A stretch of DNA of 64,000 nt. Source: Porphyridium purpureum. Taxonomy: Eukaryota. Numbering within the stretch: position 1 is the stretch's first letter; each line of letters opens with the position of its first letter. Positions 42,636-54,300 of the stretch are shown here, one piece after another. The stretch covers positions 310,001 to 374,000 of the forward strand of contig VRMN01000001.1 in assembly GCA_008690995.1 (NCBI GenBank), given 5' to 3'. Under the pieces are notes generated by a model. It was not told the DNA's origin. It saw nothing but the letters and a program-made list of their open reading frames with translations, and ran no database searches. Position numbers and translations under genes: made by a program.

Positions 42636-44645
42636 TTAGAACAGCCCCTTGGATCTAAACTCCCATTTCCCGTGAGCTGAAAGTTGAAGGAGCTTGGAAT
42701 GGTACTGTTCCAGGTTTGGTCGGTTGCTTACGCTCACGATTGTTGCTCCAGACTCCACCATGAGTTTGTACATGATCTGTTCATTCCTGCCATCCAAAGC
42801 GCTCGTGCTTTCATCCAGGATTACAAACTTTGGCCGATTCAGCAGAATTCTCGCGAAAGCAAGCCTTTGCTGCTCTCCGAGGCTCAAAATTGACGACAAA
42901 TCCGTCGAATTCTGTGCGGTAAGCCGGCCTAATCGCTTATCAATTCCTGACAGATTCACCCTCTCTAGCGCCTCACGAACTTGCTCATCCGTAAATTTGT
43001 CTTCAGGCAGTGGATAACACGCGTTCTCTTTGATCAGGCCCAGCGTGAGGTATGGCTTCTGCGAAAGAAACATGCAGTCGTTCAGCTGAGCGCGCTGCAC
43101 ACTCCCTGATCCATGATTCCACAGGCCTGCAATCACACGCATCAACGAAGATTTCCCAATGCCAGATTCTCCACTGACAAGCAAGCGTTCGCCCTTTTCC
43201 AGCGACAGGCTAAGGTCGCGCACTAACTCCTTCTTCACAGACCCGGGCGGCTCGATTGTGAGGCTGAAAATCTGTAGCGCCGGCTCGCTTTCTGCCCGTG
43301 CATCTGATACTTCGGTAAGCTCAATCAACGTCCCAGTCTCCTTCTCGTGCTCGCCCTGCTGATGAAGCTGATCAATTGCGACTCGGAAGTCGTGCAAGCG
43401 ATTCACACCGGCTGAAAACGTGGACAACGATGAGAATTTTTCAACAATGAGGCCCAGATCCGACAGTACATGGAAAAATGAAAAGTAGGTCTGGCTGATG
43501 TAGCCTAACGGCATCGCGCCCTTGAAGTAGATTGGCGCGATGACTAAACTCGGCACCACATTGATCCAATACTTGAAGCTGGACGAGAAGAAGCCAAGGT
43601 TGCGTTGAAACGAAATCAGAAGCAGATTGTTCTTGAACGCCTTTCCAAAATGCGACAGAATATTTGCTTGCTCAACAGCGTCTCCGTGGTAAAACGCAAC
43701 GGACTCGGCATTTTCGCGCACGCGCACCAGGCCGTACCGGAAGTCGGCCTCTTTCTGCAGCTGCTTGGCATTTATGTCGACCAGTCTGCGACCAAAGTAC
43801 ACGATCACGGCAGTTCCGACGGCGCTGTAGACCAGCAGCGTCGCGAAAAGGGGAGGGTAGATGCGGAACAGAATAATAGAGAACAGCACGAAATCGAAAA
43901 AGGCAACCGAAACAGTGCAAATAAGCTCAACTGCTTGCGAGGTGACTGCGCGCACGTCTTCCGTGATGCGCTGATCTGGATTGTCAATGCCGTATCCATT
44001 TTCCGTCGGTGCGCTGTTGACCTTGTAGTATGCGAGGCCGCTCATGTAAGACTTGAGAATGGAGCGCGTGAGAAAGTCTCGCCACAGCAGCGATAGCTTT
44101 GCGCGCATGTAATCATAAAGTGTGATTACAACCGGGCCCACGACAATGGCGACCACGTAGAATTTGAGAAACTTGGCGAACTTGGTCGTGTCCTTCGCAC
44201 TAAGCGCGGACCAGAACGCGCGCTGAAGAAACGAGATCCCGACTGCGTACACGGTATTAAGAAACGCAAACACAACCGTGAGTATCGTCCAAGTCCATGC
44301 TGTTTTCGCGGACGGGCCGGTCCAAAACTCGCGTCCCAGAACTTTGATCTCTCTCACGAGCCGCGCCAGCATCTGAGTCGCGCGCGTCTTGTCTTGTGCC
44401 GAGTCACGCTCCAAATTTTCTCCATCCCGTTCGCGCGAAGCTAACGATGCCGACGAGGACGCAGAAATTGTCGCAGGCCGACTTCCCTGGCGTCCGGTGT
44501 TGCCCCGCCATAGCACGGCACGATCTCGAACGCGAATGTCGGTTCTTTTTTGGCGCACCGTCTGACTGCGCGGGTGCGAGAGAGCCGACACATTATTCCA
44601 TGACGGCGCGCATGTCCAAAAGGCAAAGGCGCTGGGCGCATCCAT
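42636..44645 (-). CDS. ABCD-family half transporter, probably plastid-targeted
   Basis: IDNPDQRITED, EADFR...RENAESVAFY, GESGIGKS, LSLGEQQR, ILDESTS. N-terminal transit-peptide-like region. Confidence 0.92.
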   Translation of the reverse strand: MDAPSAFAFWTCAPSWNNVSALSHPRSQTVRQKRTDIRVRDRAVLWRGNTGRQGSRPATISASSSASLASRERDGENLERDSAQDKTRATQMLARLVREIKVLGREFWTGPSAKTAWTWTILTVVFAFLNTVYAVGISFLQRAFWSALSAKDTTKFAKFLKFYVVAIVVGPVVITLYDYMRAKLSLLWRDFLTRSILKSYMSGLAYYKVNSAPTENGYGIDNPDQRITEDVRAVTSQAVELICTVSVAFFDFVLFSIILFRIYPPLFATLLVYSAVGTAVIVYFGRRLVDINAKQLQKEADFRYGLVRVRENAESVAFYHGDAVEQANILSHFGKAFKNNLLLISFQRNLGFFSSSFKYWINVVPSLVIAPIYFKGAMPLGYISQTYFSFFHVLSDLGLIVEKFSSLSTFSAGVNRLHDFRVAIDQLHQQGEHEKETGTLIELTEVSDARAESEPALQIFSLTIEPPGSVKKELVRDLSLSLEKGERLLVSGESGIGKSSLMRVIAGLWNHGSGSVQRAQLNDCMFLSQKPYLTLGLIKENACYPLPEDKFTDEQVREALERVNLSGIDKRLGRLTAQNSTDLSSILSLGEQQRLAFARILLNRPKFVILDESTSALDGRNEQIMYKLMVESGATIVSVSNRPNLEQYHSKLLQLSAHGKWEFRSKGLF

Positions 44646-45112
44646 GTCACGACCGGCAGGCGAGCTGCGTCGCCTCCGAGCTTTTTTGTCCGAGGTCGTT
44701 GCTGCGTCTGCGTTCAAGCACTGCTCAGCGATTCGCGCCCCCTGACACTCGCAAAATCATAAAGAAGCGCTGTTTTACTATAAACCATTGCGACCCTAGT
44801 ACAAGTGTGCGAAGCTCAGCTTTAACCGAGTGCAACTCGGTTGAAGCCAATAAACCAATAAATCGAGACGCCGATAAACCGATACGCCGTTAATCCGATA
44901 AGGGATTGACCTGCAGGCATGGACAGCAAGGAGTGGCGTGGACAAAGACCGGGCTTGGTGGATGTCGTCGTCTGTCGATCTGTTGGACGGTGAGCCGTGG
45001 ATAGGATGTAGCGCGGGCTGTAGTGCCGCCGCAAACGCAAGCGGTTGTCCGTGTTCGGAGTACGGCGTGCGTTCATCTGTACGTAGAGCTGGATGCTCGC
45101 TCACGTTGGGTC

Positions 45113-46003
45113 ATGGCATTCCTGAACTTTGACCCAGATGTGGTGCTGGCGCAGTTGGATGAGGCGTTGGTGCACGCGACGCGAAAGAGCGGCAGTCGTG
45201 CGGCCACAGTGAGAGACCTTGTGCACGCTTTGCGCGACGATCATGTGCTTGTGGCCGTGAAATCGATGCGCGGCAGTCTGTCTGCAGAGTATGGTGGATG
45301 GGACTCGTTCGGTCACCTATTGCTGGCGACGAGACAAAATCACTTCAGTCTGTACGCCGATCCGGACAACGAAAATCGCCTTTTTCTTCAATCGCAAGAG
45401 CAGGACTTGAAAGGTATGCAGAAGGACTTTGAGTCGCACAGGTTGAGAATCAAAGTGCTTCGCTGCTCCGCGGCTCAGGTACAGCGTCTGAACGACTGCG
45501 TGGAGCGAGCTGCTCATCGCATCCGAGATGCCGTGAACCTGAATCCCATCGGAGGCATTGGTGCGGAAATCGGCCATGCGATGACTTGCGCCGTGGACGC
45601 TGCCGCCAGTGCGGGACATGTCTTTAGCAACGCCGTGGCGTACAGTCTATGTTTATTTGCGAGCGGAATGCTGTTGTCCGGAGCTGTGATCATGCGAACC
45701 TCTTGTTTCATGAGAAATATGGCCGTGTCCTGTTCAGGCTTTCTTGCTACTAGCTCCATGTTCGGGCTCCGTAACCATGTCAGGCAGCCTGCACTCGAGT
45801 ACGAGCAACCAAGTCGCAAGCATACCAACTGCGTGATCATTATCGCAGAAGTCTGTCTGGAGGCGGACTTTGCCTCGATCACAGGGCTCTCACCCGCGCA
45901 ATGCTACGAGCAATTTGGGAGCGGGTTTTTGGATGCCCATGCCCTACGGAACAGCTCGAAACGGTCTCTCGAGACTGCCATGCGTCAAAATTCATACTCG
46001 TAA
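45113..46003 (+). CDS. Hypothetical protein
   Basis: Open 296-codon ORF downstream of a promoter-like tract; no family recognised. Confidence 0.5.
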   Translation: MAFLNFDPDVVLAQLDEALVHATRKSGSRAATVRDLVHALRDDHVLVAVKSMRGSLSAEYGGWDSFGHLLLATRQNHFSLYADPDNENRLFLQSQEQDLKGMQKDFESHRLRIKVLRCSAAQVQRLNDCVERAAHRIRDAVNLNPIGGIGAEIGHAMTCAVDAAASAGHVFSNAVAYSLCLFASGMLLSGAVIMRTSCFMRNMAVSCSGFLATSSMFGLRNHVRQPALEYEQPSRKHTNCVIIIAEVCLEADFASITGLSPAQCYEQFGSGFLDAHALRNSSKRSLETAMRQNSYS

Positions 46004-46173
46004 AATATTTATTCGCCCGGTCAGGCTGAGTTAAACGACGCGTTATCCTGACAGTCGTGAAGTTATCCTACATTTCCATGTGCACTTGTCTCGGCGTCCA
46101 CAACGGCGACCGCCTCCACGAGTTTCACAAAGGTTCGAAAATCCCAATGTTACATGCTCGTCCTCTGTTGTCT

Positions 46174-47931
46174 CTAGTCCGGCGGCGAACCGCCCGTCGC
46201 CCGATGCGGTACAAATCTCTTTGCGCTCTCCATGGTGCCAAAAAATAGATTGGTCGGCTGGTAAGTTACACGCCCTTGAGGAGAAAGTAGATGCCCTTTG
46301 GACGCGTCCTGCATGGCGTCTCTGTCTGACACAGAGACAGCCCTAGATTCTGTATGTAGTTCCTCCTTCGTGGGCGGGACCGGAGGAGGAGGAAGCCGCG
46401 GCGCGACCTGCCGACCCTCTTCCAAGAGTTCCACTTCGCGATGAGACGTAGATGCATCATTCGCGAGTGACGAAGGCGAGCTATCAAACCTTTGAGGAAT
46501 GCCTACCAGCGATCTGGTCAGAGCGCTGAATGACGACATTCTTGACATCTTGCCGTTGCTTGCGCGCGGAGAAACTGGATAGGGGGATTCCCTGAGGCTT
46601 GTATTGCGCGGTAATCTTGGTGACATCAACTTTGGGTGCTGCTTTGCTCCTGTGTGGAGGTCTGGGACCCGACCAAACCAGCCGCGTAGCGCATCATTCG
46701 TACGAGGCCCCCACACGTACTGCGCCAGAAAGCGAGCATGGGTCGGCAGTTTTAACATAACGAGGCACGTGAAGCCAAGCCAACTTTGCAAGTACAGCGA
46801 CCATGATTGCTCCGCCACCACAGACTGGGCAAGAACGGGTACCGAAACACTCACATAGTATTGCAAACCCAACCAGCCGCACACAACCAAGTCAAGAAGC
46901 GCAGAGACGGAGAACCGCATGATCACCTCAATCATCATCAAAAGCATGAACATACCATAAGATAATACGCTAAAAAGCTGCGACAGAAAAAAGATCGAGT
47001 CCGAATGGGACTGCAGCGAGTGCAGCACATCGCCACCCCCGGATAGAACGCGCAATATAAACAACCCGCTCCAGAATCCGGTCAGCAGACAGTCAAAGAC
47101 GAAGATCAGCCTGCTCAGCTGCCACGAGCTTCGCAAGTACCAGAACACGGCTATGACAAGTGAGCAGAACAGGGCCAGAATGCTGTACATGCACATGGCG
47201 ACAAGTGCCTGCACGAACGGGCTCATCGAGTGCCGTAGCTCGGCGCCCTTGCTATGCAGATCACGAACCTCGTGCGCGGCACGCTCGGACACGCGACTGA
47301 ATATCGAGCTGCGCAGCAGGTTTCTCGGCGCCCACGGCTCGATCAGCATCTCCAAAATCACGTTTGAGAAGCCTGGATGGCTCATCTCATCGCGCAACAC
47401 CTGGTTGCTGTCGCGCACTGTGTTCACCAGGCTCTGGAGGATGTTGACCTCTGCGCGCAACTCCTTGAGGGTTACGTTCGTATAAATCACGTCGTGCCTG
47501 AGTCTCCTCAGCATCTCGGTGTTTGCGCCACACGCTTCGTCGCCGGACCGAGCCGCTGTGTGGAGCTCCTGGCGTTCCTCCGCGACGGAAGTGCTCTTCT
47601 CCTCGACCTTTGAGCGCTCCACCTGGACATCGTACAGCCTTGTGAGCAGCGCGGACTTTTCAGCCTGCACGTGCGTCGACACTATATCGAGCGCGACGCT
47701 GATTTGGCGCACGACATCGTGCGAAGCGAGCGCAAACGAGCCGTTCCGGATTTCCTCGTTGTAATTGGCGAGCAACTGCCTCGCGCTCGCGACATCATCT
47801 CGCTCGTCGTGAGCCTGCTGCGCTGGGTCTCGCTGCTGCTGGTGCTGCTGCTGCTGCAAGCTCGCTGCCTCGACCAGCAGCAAGAGGAGCACGAGCACCG
47901 AAACCAGCGGCGCGCGGCTGGCCGCCCTCAT
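46174..47931 (-). CDS. Membrane protein: signal peptide, coiled coil, several TM helices, low-complexity tail
   Basis: MRAAS...VLLLLLVEAA signal peptide, heptad-rich segment, about 5-6 hydrophobic stretches. Confidence 0.7.
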   Translation of the reverse strand: MRAASRAPLVSVLVLLLLLVEAASLQQQQHQQQRDPAQQAHDERDDVASARQLLANYNEEIRNGSFALASHDVVRQISVALDIVSTHVQAEKSALLTRLYDVQVERSKVEEKSTSVAEERQELHTAARSGDEACGANTEMLRRLRHDVIYTNVTLKELRAEVNILQSLVNTVRDSNQVLRDEMSHPGFSNVILEMLIEPWAPRNLLRSSIFSRVSERAAHEVRDLHSKGAELRHSMSPFVQALVAMCMYSILALFCSLVIAVFWYLRSSWQLSRLIFVFDCLLTGFWSGLFILRVLSGGGDVLHSLQSHSDSIFFLSQLFSVLSYGMFMLLMMIEVIMRFSVSALLDLVVCGWLGLQYYVSVSVPVLAQSVVAEQSWSLYLQSWLGFTCLVMLKLPTHARFLAQYVWGPRTNDALRGWFGRVPDLHTGAKQHPKLMSPRLPRNTSLRESPYPVSPRASNGKMSRMSSFSALTRSLVGIPQRFDSSPSSLANDASTSHREVELLEEGRQVAPRLPPPPVPPTKEELHTESRAVSVSDRDAMQDASKGHLLSPQGRVTYQPTNLFFGTMESAKRFVPHRATGGSPPD

Positions 47932-48629
47932 CCAGCCGTGGCTACGCGGCCACGCTCCACCGCGCCGCCCGCTCAATCGCTGCTCCACCAGTTGAACCGC
48001 CACATACCCACACGCACACCACCGCCGCCCACCCACACACCACTCCCACCCCACCACATCCACTCCGTCTCCCACCTCTCCCACCTCTCCCACCTCTCCC
48101 ATCCTGTCCTTCCTCCCCTCATCCCCCCTCACACCCCCCGACAAAAATTTACAAAATCCCACAAACCCTACCCACCCGCAGAACTCAACTGTACCCTTGC
48201 TCCAAGTACAGTGACCGCCGTACCTATCACTGAACTCCTCACTGTACCCTCCCCCTATTCCCGATCCGCCGCCGCGCAACCGGTTTCTTGCTCTGTGGGT
48301 ACCCGCGTGGAGCTGCTGTTGTTATCGGTTTTTTTAACGAGCACCGCACGATTAATTAATCAACCACGAGCTCGTTTTCTTGTATGTGTTTGAGGGCGCG
48401 TGGCGTCGGGGCGCGGGCGGTCTCTTCAGCGTGTCGATTGGGGATTTTGTTCATTTTTGGTTTTGTTTGCGGTGAGGCCCGGCGCGCGGGCGCGTGAGGG
48501 TTGAGATTTGGGATGAGCTGAAATTGGATGGGGCGTGGAGAGAAGGTGGCTTGGCGTTGGGTGTGGTTGTGGTGAGAGTTGGGGGGGTTTACGGTGCAGG
48601 TGGTGACGAGAGGAGCGCGCGGCGGAAGG

Positions 48630-49148
48630 ATGGAGGGCAGCAGTGCGTTTGTGAGCGCCGGTGCGGGCGTGGGCGGGAAGTTGGCGCTGCGCCACAGCGG
48701 CGGCTTGGCGGCGTCGCGGCAGAGTGGCGCGCTGAGAACGGCGCCGGTGTCGCGCCGCGTCGCCGCGCCGCTGTGCATGAAGGTGTATACCATTGCAATC
48801 AAGGTCGACGGGAAGAAGGATTACAAGGTGCAGTGCGACGACGAGACTACGCTGCTGGAGGCCATGGAGGAAGCTGACATCCCGGGCATCGACTCGTCGT
48901 GCCGCGCGGGCGTGTGCATGACGTGCTCCGCAAAGGTCCTGTCAGGCAAGTACGAGCTGGGCGCCGCCGCGCTCGCAGAAGAGGCAGAGAGTGAGGGCTT
49001 TGTCCTGACATGCTCGGCAACGCCGCTGAGCGACATGGTCATCGAGGTTAACCAGTTCAATAATGACGCGTACGAAATGCAGTACGGGCAGTACGAAGAT
49101 GTGTCCAAGAAGGAGGACACGAGCGTGTTTGGCCGCTTTTTCAAGTAG
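48630..49148 (+). CDS. Plastid-targeted [2Fe-2S] ferredoxin with C-terminal extension (FdC2/Fed2-like)
   Basis: CRAGVCMTC...C cluster ligands, transit peptide, AYEMQYG tail. Confidence 0.88.
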   Translation: MEGSSAFVSAGAGVGGKLALRHSGGLAASRQSGALRTAPVSRRVAAPLCMKVYTIAIKVDGKKDYKVQCDDETTLLEAMEEADIPGIDSSCRAGVCMTCSAKVLSGKYELGAAALAEEAESEGFVLTCSATPLSDMVIEVNQFNNDAYEMQYGQYEDVSKKEDTSVFGRFFK

Positions 49149-49848
49149 ATCGCAGAAGCGCGAGCGTATCCGGTTCCCTGCCGAGCAATGCCGAGGTCTC
49201 CGATGCAGACCCTGTGTCTGTGCTGGACGCCCTTTCTTTCTCAGCGTGAGGGACGTGGTCCGAATCGTCAATAAATACATGTGTGCCATTAGTGTCTGAA
49301 TATGCGGAGCGATCGCTGCGGCGATATTGGTCAAGTATACATACGCGCCGTAACGCCGTGAACGATTGAACCCCCTGGCGAAAGGCAGGGATCGCACCCA
49401 ACTGGGCGGGGCGCGAACAGTATCGGAGCGGAGAACGTGGCGGACCTCAGCGGCCACGCCGGCATCCTGTCCGGAAAATGAGCGTGGTCACATGCGCCCG
49501 CCCACCGCATTTCTCCCGCACGGAACTGATGACCTGGATGCGGACCGCATTGGCGCTGCGCGTGTTCTGCAAAATCGGCAGTCTGCGACGCGTCCAAAAC
49601 GCCGGCACATGAAATTTGCCGCGCCTGCGGTGATTCGAGCCTGCCACCCCAGTGCCCGTCCCAGTCATCCACACCCCACCGTCCCGCACCAAACCACATC
49701 ACGCCATGCGCCGAGCGTGTCATGCACCGCCGCTGAATTCAAGACGCGGTCGGAACGAGCTCATCCGTTACCTGCGCACGCATTGACGCATCGCACCCAA
49801 AAAGTACAGCATGAGCATGGCCAAGTACAGCTATGTACAGTTATTTAC

Positions 49849-50203
49849 TGTTGATGTACGTGCAAATGGTTAATGGTTGAATGGTTATCCGGGTCAACGA
49901 CTTGGACTGTTTGGACTGTTTAATGTGTTCGGTCGGGTGCGAGCCTGCGTGCTAGCACGAGCCATGGGCACGTATGTTTGCGACGTTTCTAGAAGTCCAC
50001 ACTGACGTTTCCTTGTCGCTTTGCATCTCCGCGCCGCCGCCACAGTGCAGCTACAGGGGTATAAAATGCTGCAGGGCCAAGGAGTAGGGTGGAAATTTTG
50101 AGTGTAGCGTTTGGGTAGGCGAATATGTTTTTGACGCGAGTGGTATTACAAAGTAAACCGTTTCTTGACTTTGCAGGGTTTACGCCGGGGGCGTACTTCA
50201 ACA
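49849..50203 (+). repeat. Copia-2 5' LTR
   Basis: Direct repeat of 55180-55534; TATAAAA at 50060-50066. Confidence 0.97.
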
Positions 50204-50329
50204 CAAAAACATTCAACGCTTCCTCCGCTTCGTCAAGAGTACGAGCGGAAGTAGGATCTCCGGTCAAGGGTACGGGGGGACAAGGCCGACGGCGCTGACA
50301 GGAAGTTCGAGCGGCGTGCGGCAGACAAA

Positions 50330-51361
50330 ATGGCCAAGAAGATTGGCGAAAAGGGAGTAACGGAGGGACTCCCGCTACTGAGGTATGATGCGACCGAGAT
50401 GCGGCCGGCCGAGGAAGTCACGGAATGGCTCCGTGCGCTTGGAGGCTACACAGCTGTTGAATTTGGGTTGCTCGGAGCGATTTTCGACCTCAATAATGCG
50501 AGGTACCCAGAGGGCCCGGCCCTACCGGACGCAGAGGAGCCCGACAACTGGAGAGACAAGGAAATCGCCAAATCACAGTTGAGCACCGCGCTCAAATGGA
50601 GCGCGGATATGGAGCTCGCGAGGTCCAGAATCTATGCGATTATGCGCGGACAGCTGTCTACGTCTTCCGTTGCGGCTCTTTCTGCTCGCCCGCAGTTTGA
50701 GATGCTTGAAAGATCTCGCAACGATCCTCTCCAGCTGAAAAATCTAATCGTCGTGGTGCACCTGACACCGAATGGCGCATCCGTGGATCGTTGCCGTACA
50801 TTTGCACGTGAGCGGTTTCAAGCTATAGAAATTGGAGCAGATTCTCTGGATGATTTCAAAACCAGGTTTGCGGCCGCAGCGATGGTTCTCGCCCTTGTAG
50901 GCGAGGAGATGAGTGCAGCGCGTCAGGCGGAAGAGTTCTTCCATAAGTTGGAGCGGTCGCGCTTCGCAGAGGCAATTCGCCAAGCCCACAATGCCGAGCG
51001 ACAATTTGCAAGCGTTCAGGACGTGGTTTTGTACGTCTCCGCGTACAAGTATGCGCCTGGTTATGTGTCCGTTTCAGTTGCGCAATCCAATGAAGCCCAG
51101 TTAGCCATCGAGGCGGCCACTGTAAGTGGTGAAGCGATAGCTGCGGTTGCAAAAGCTGATGTAGGCGGTTCCAAGGGGAAGTGTCATTTTTGTGGTATCC
51201 CGGGACACCTGGAGAAGAACTGCTGGAAGAAGAAGAGGGCACTGGAAAGGAACCAGACCAGGGACGCTCACACACGAACCATGGAAGAAAAACTTGGCGA
51301 GTGCCAGCGTCAACTTCAGGAACTTAAGCTGGAGCTCAAGAAAGAGCGCACGGTCGAGTGA
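50330..51361 (+). CDS. gag: Copia-2 Gag
   Basis: CCHC knuckle CHFCGIPGHLEKNC; homologous to Copia-1 Gag (LPLLRY, GQLS, NDPL). Ends at TGA in frame with pol. Confidence 0.9.
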   Translation: MAKKIGEKGVTEGLPLLRYDATEMRPAEEVTEWLRALGGYTAVEFGLLGAIFDLNNARYPEGPALPDAEEPDNWRDKEIAKSQLSTALKWSADMELARSRIYAIMRGQLSTSSVAALSARPQFEMLERSRNDPLQLKNLIVVVHLTPNGASVDRCRTFARERFQAIEIGADSLDDFKTRFAAAAMVLALVGEEMSAARQAEEFFHKLERSRFAEAIRQAHNAERQFASVQDVVLYVSAYKYAPGYVSVSVAQSNEAQLAIEAATVSGEAIAAVAKADVGGSKGKCHFCGIPGHLEKNCWKKKRALERNQTRDAHTRTMEEKLGECQRQLQELKLELKKERTVE

Positions 51362-54300
51362 GGAAGCGGCCCGTTGCGACACGTGTATGTCCACCGGGCG
51401 ACAAACAGGGAAGCGGCCACAGTGGGCCTTGATACAATGGCTTCGGAGCATATCTTTTCGAGTGGTGAGGCGGTTACGAACGTGCGCAAGACGGACCGGA
51501 AGGTCGTGCTGCACGGAATTGACGCCGGATCAAGTGGAATATTTATTGACGAGATTGCCGACACCAAATTTGGCGAAGTGTACTACTCGCAGAAAGTGGC
51601 CGGGAACATCTTGTCATTCGCCAAGCTGAGGAACGAAGACAAGGGCACCAAGTATGACATGGCCGGGGACGTGTTTGTTGTTCTGGATGTTGACAACAAG
51701 GAAGTGCGTTTCAGACAGGACCAGGGGCTGTATGTGGCGGATATCTGTTGCGTAAGTGGTAAGATAAACGCATACGCAGCTCCTTGCAATGGCCTGACGC
51801 ACGATCTTGACAACATTCCCGCACACAAATGCTTCTCCACTGACAGCCGCCACAACTCCATGGAGCGTTCAGCTTTACCGTTACCTAGTGGCGGCAAACC
51901 TTCGCCCTTCACAAAGCAAGAGATAGCCCGGGCAGAACAAGCGCGCGACTTACAACGTCGCTTGGGATTCCCTTCGTTCGACGTGCTGAAAAAAGTGCTT
52001 AGGCGCGGGGATGTTGAAAATTGTAATTTGGCCGCGCGGGATGCAGAGAGAGCCGAACAATTGTTTGGCCCAAGCGAAGCCGCGATCAAAGGAAAGGCAA
52101 CTGGACACAAGCCTACGGAAGTTGGCTACGTCCCGATAAGAAATGAGGAGGTCTACCAAGAGATGCATTCGGATATCCACTTTCTCTGCGGACAAGCCTT
52201 CTTGATTTCTGTCGTGAAACCAATGCACTTCATTCTGACAACAGCGATCAGAGCAAAGACGTCATGGGAGCTGCGCCGGGCACTGCAAGAACAAATTGCC
52301 AGTTTGCGAGGTCACAACGTGGTGATCAGGGTCATCAAGTCGGACCCGGAATCGGGGATTGTTGCTATCGTTGATGACATGAAAAGGTCCGGCATATTAC
52401 CAAATGTCACGGGAGCGAAAGAGGCCGTACCAGCAGTGGAGCGTGCCAATCGAACGCTGAAGGACATAGCGAGGGCTGTCATCCATGGCCTACCCTTTGC
52501 ATTGCCGACCAGCTTGGTTCCAGCGCTAATGAAGTATGTAACTCACCGGGCCAACATCGTACCAAGCAGCACAGGTTGGCGAGATGACGAGACTCCGTGG
52601 ACCAGAATGACCGGGCGAAAAGTTAGCAGCACAGCCGATGTGAGTCTCGGTTTTGGCGATTACGTTCTCATCATGAATGCCAAGGTGGACAACACGATGA
52701 CACCACGCGCCACCGGCTGTATAGCTCTATACCCGGTAGGCAATGTTGAAGGAACGTGGGCTTTTCTAAACCTCGCGTCGCAGAAAGAGTTGCGCAGACA
52801 ACGGTGGAGGAAAACTGTCATTACACAAGAGGTTGTTGCCGCTGTTAACGCCATGCGTGGCACTGCGCGCCTTGAACTCGCGACAGAAGATCATGAGCAT
52901 GAGGCAGAAAAACATGACACCGCCGGACGGGAGGCAGGCAAGCCAGCTGGGGCAGCAGCGACTCGAACAGCTAGTGGGTTGACCTTGTCAGCCGGAGCGT
53001 TTAGCGAGACACGTGCAGCGCGTTCTGCGAATGAACATGAAGAAACTCTGGAGAATTCGCGCACGTCAGCAGTAGTAGAATCATCACAACCGAACCGTAA
53101 TCCAGGAGCGGGAGAAAACGCAGAGGAAAATCCGGGAGTGCGGGTCGAAGCAATCGAGAAAAGAATTGAGGAATTATCTCGAAAAGAGGCCATTCTGCAG
53201 GAACAGATCCACGCGCTTGACAAACGTGCTGCTGCCTACCAGGTCAGCGACGATCACGACGTCTTAGGCGAAGGTCAGGCTGTTCAAGTCGGCGTGGTCG
53301 AAGGGGCACCTGCAGAGTGGGATCTCGCAGATTGCACAATGACAACGAAAAACGTACTGGACGGACATGGTGAACAGGCTGGACCGGCTTCTGTCGGCGG
53401 ACTTAGCACCAAAAGAACGGCAGCGGATCAAGGCGGAAGTGACGGGTGCAATACATACGCAGGGGAAGCAAAAAGGCGTAGAATTAGGCTAGCTCTAATT
53501 ACAGAGTTTGTCCAAGCGCACTGTTTGAAAGCGCCGACCGTCTCATGGTTGAGAGCAGTCCAGGAGTATGGCGAGCCTGCACTTGAATCGGTCATGAGCG
53601 AGCTCGTGCAGTTGGGGTCCAATGGTCACGACGTGTTTGAGCCTGTGACAAGGAGACTCAGTGAAGACGAGTTGCGCAATGTTTTGCCCGTGCATTTGTT
53701 TGTGACGGAGAAACGTGATCCACAAACCGGAGAGCTTGTGCGCTTGAAAGCTCGACTGGTTGCTGGGGGTGATCGACAGGATCCGGAGTTGTACCCAAAT
53801 ACGTCGTCCCCAACAGTCGCTACTGAGTCGTTGTTTGCGCTTGCTGCCATGTCAGCAACACAAGGGAGAAAGGTTGCCAGTGTAGATTTTCCAGGTGCGT
53901 ATTTGAATGCAGTGATGCCAAGCGGTGATCCACCCGTTTTCGTTCGGTTCGCAAAGGCGCTGGCGAAGTGTATGACGACCGCTGATCCGACACTCCAGAG
54001 CCATTTGTCTGCTTCAGGTACATTAGTCTGTCGCTTGAAGAAAGCATTATATGGTTGCCGGACGAGCGCAAAGTTATGGTATGACCATCTATGTCGAAGC
54101 CTCGCGGCGTTGGGATACCAAAGAAGCATGGTAGACTATTGCGTGTTCAGAAGCGATGAAGACGACACCTGGTTAGCTTTACACGTGGACGACATGAAGA
54201 TTATGGCTGTAAACGACGCCGCGATCGTCAAACTGGTAAAGGGACTCGAGCCGGAGTACGGAGTGCTCACGATGCGCAGCGGCAGTGGGATTGAATATTT

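Noticed and set aside
49986..49998. Heat-shock element in the Copia-2 LTR (TTCtaGAA)
   Set aside because: Only two nGAAn units; a functional HSE normally needs three.
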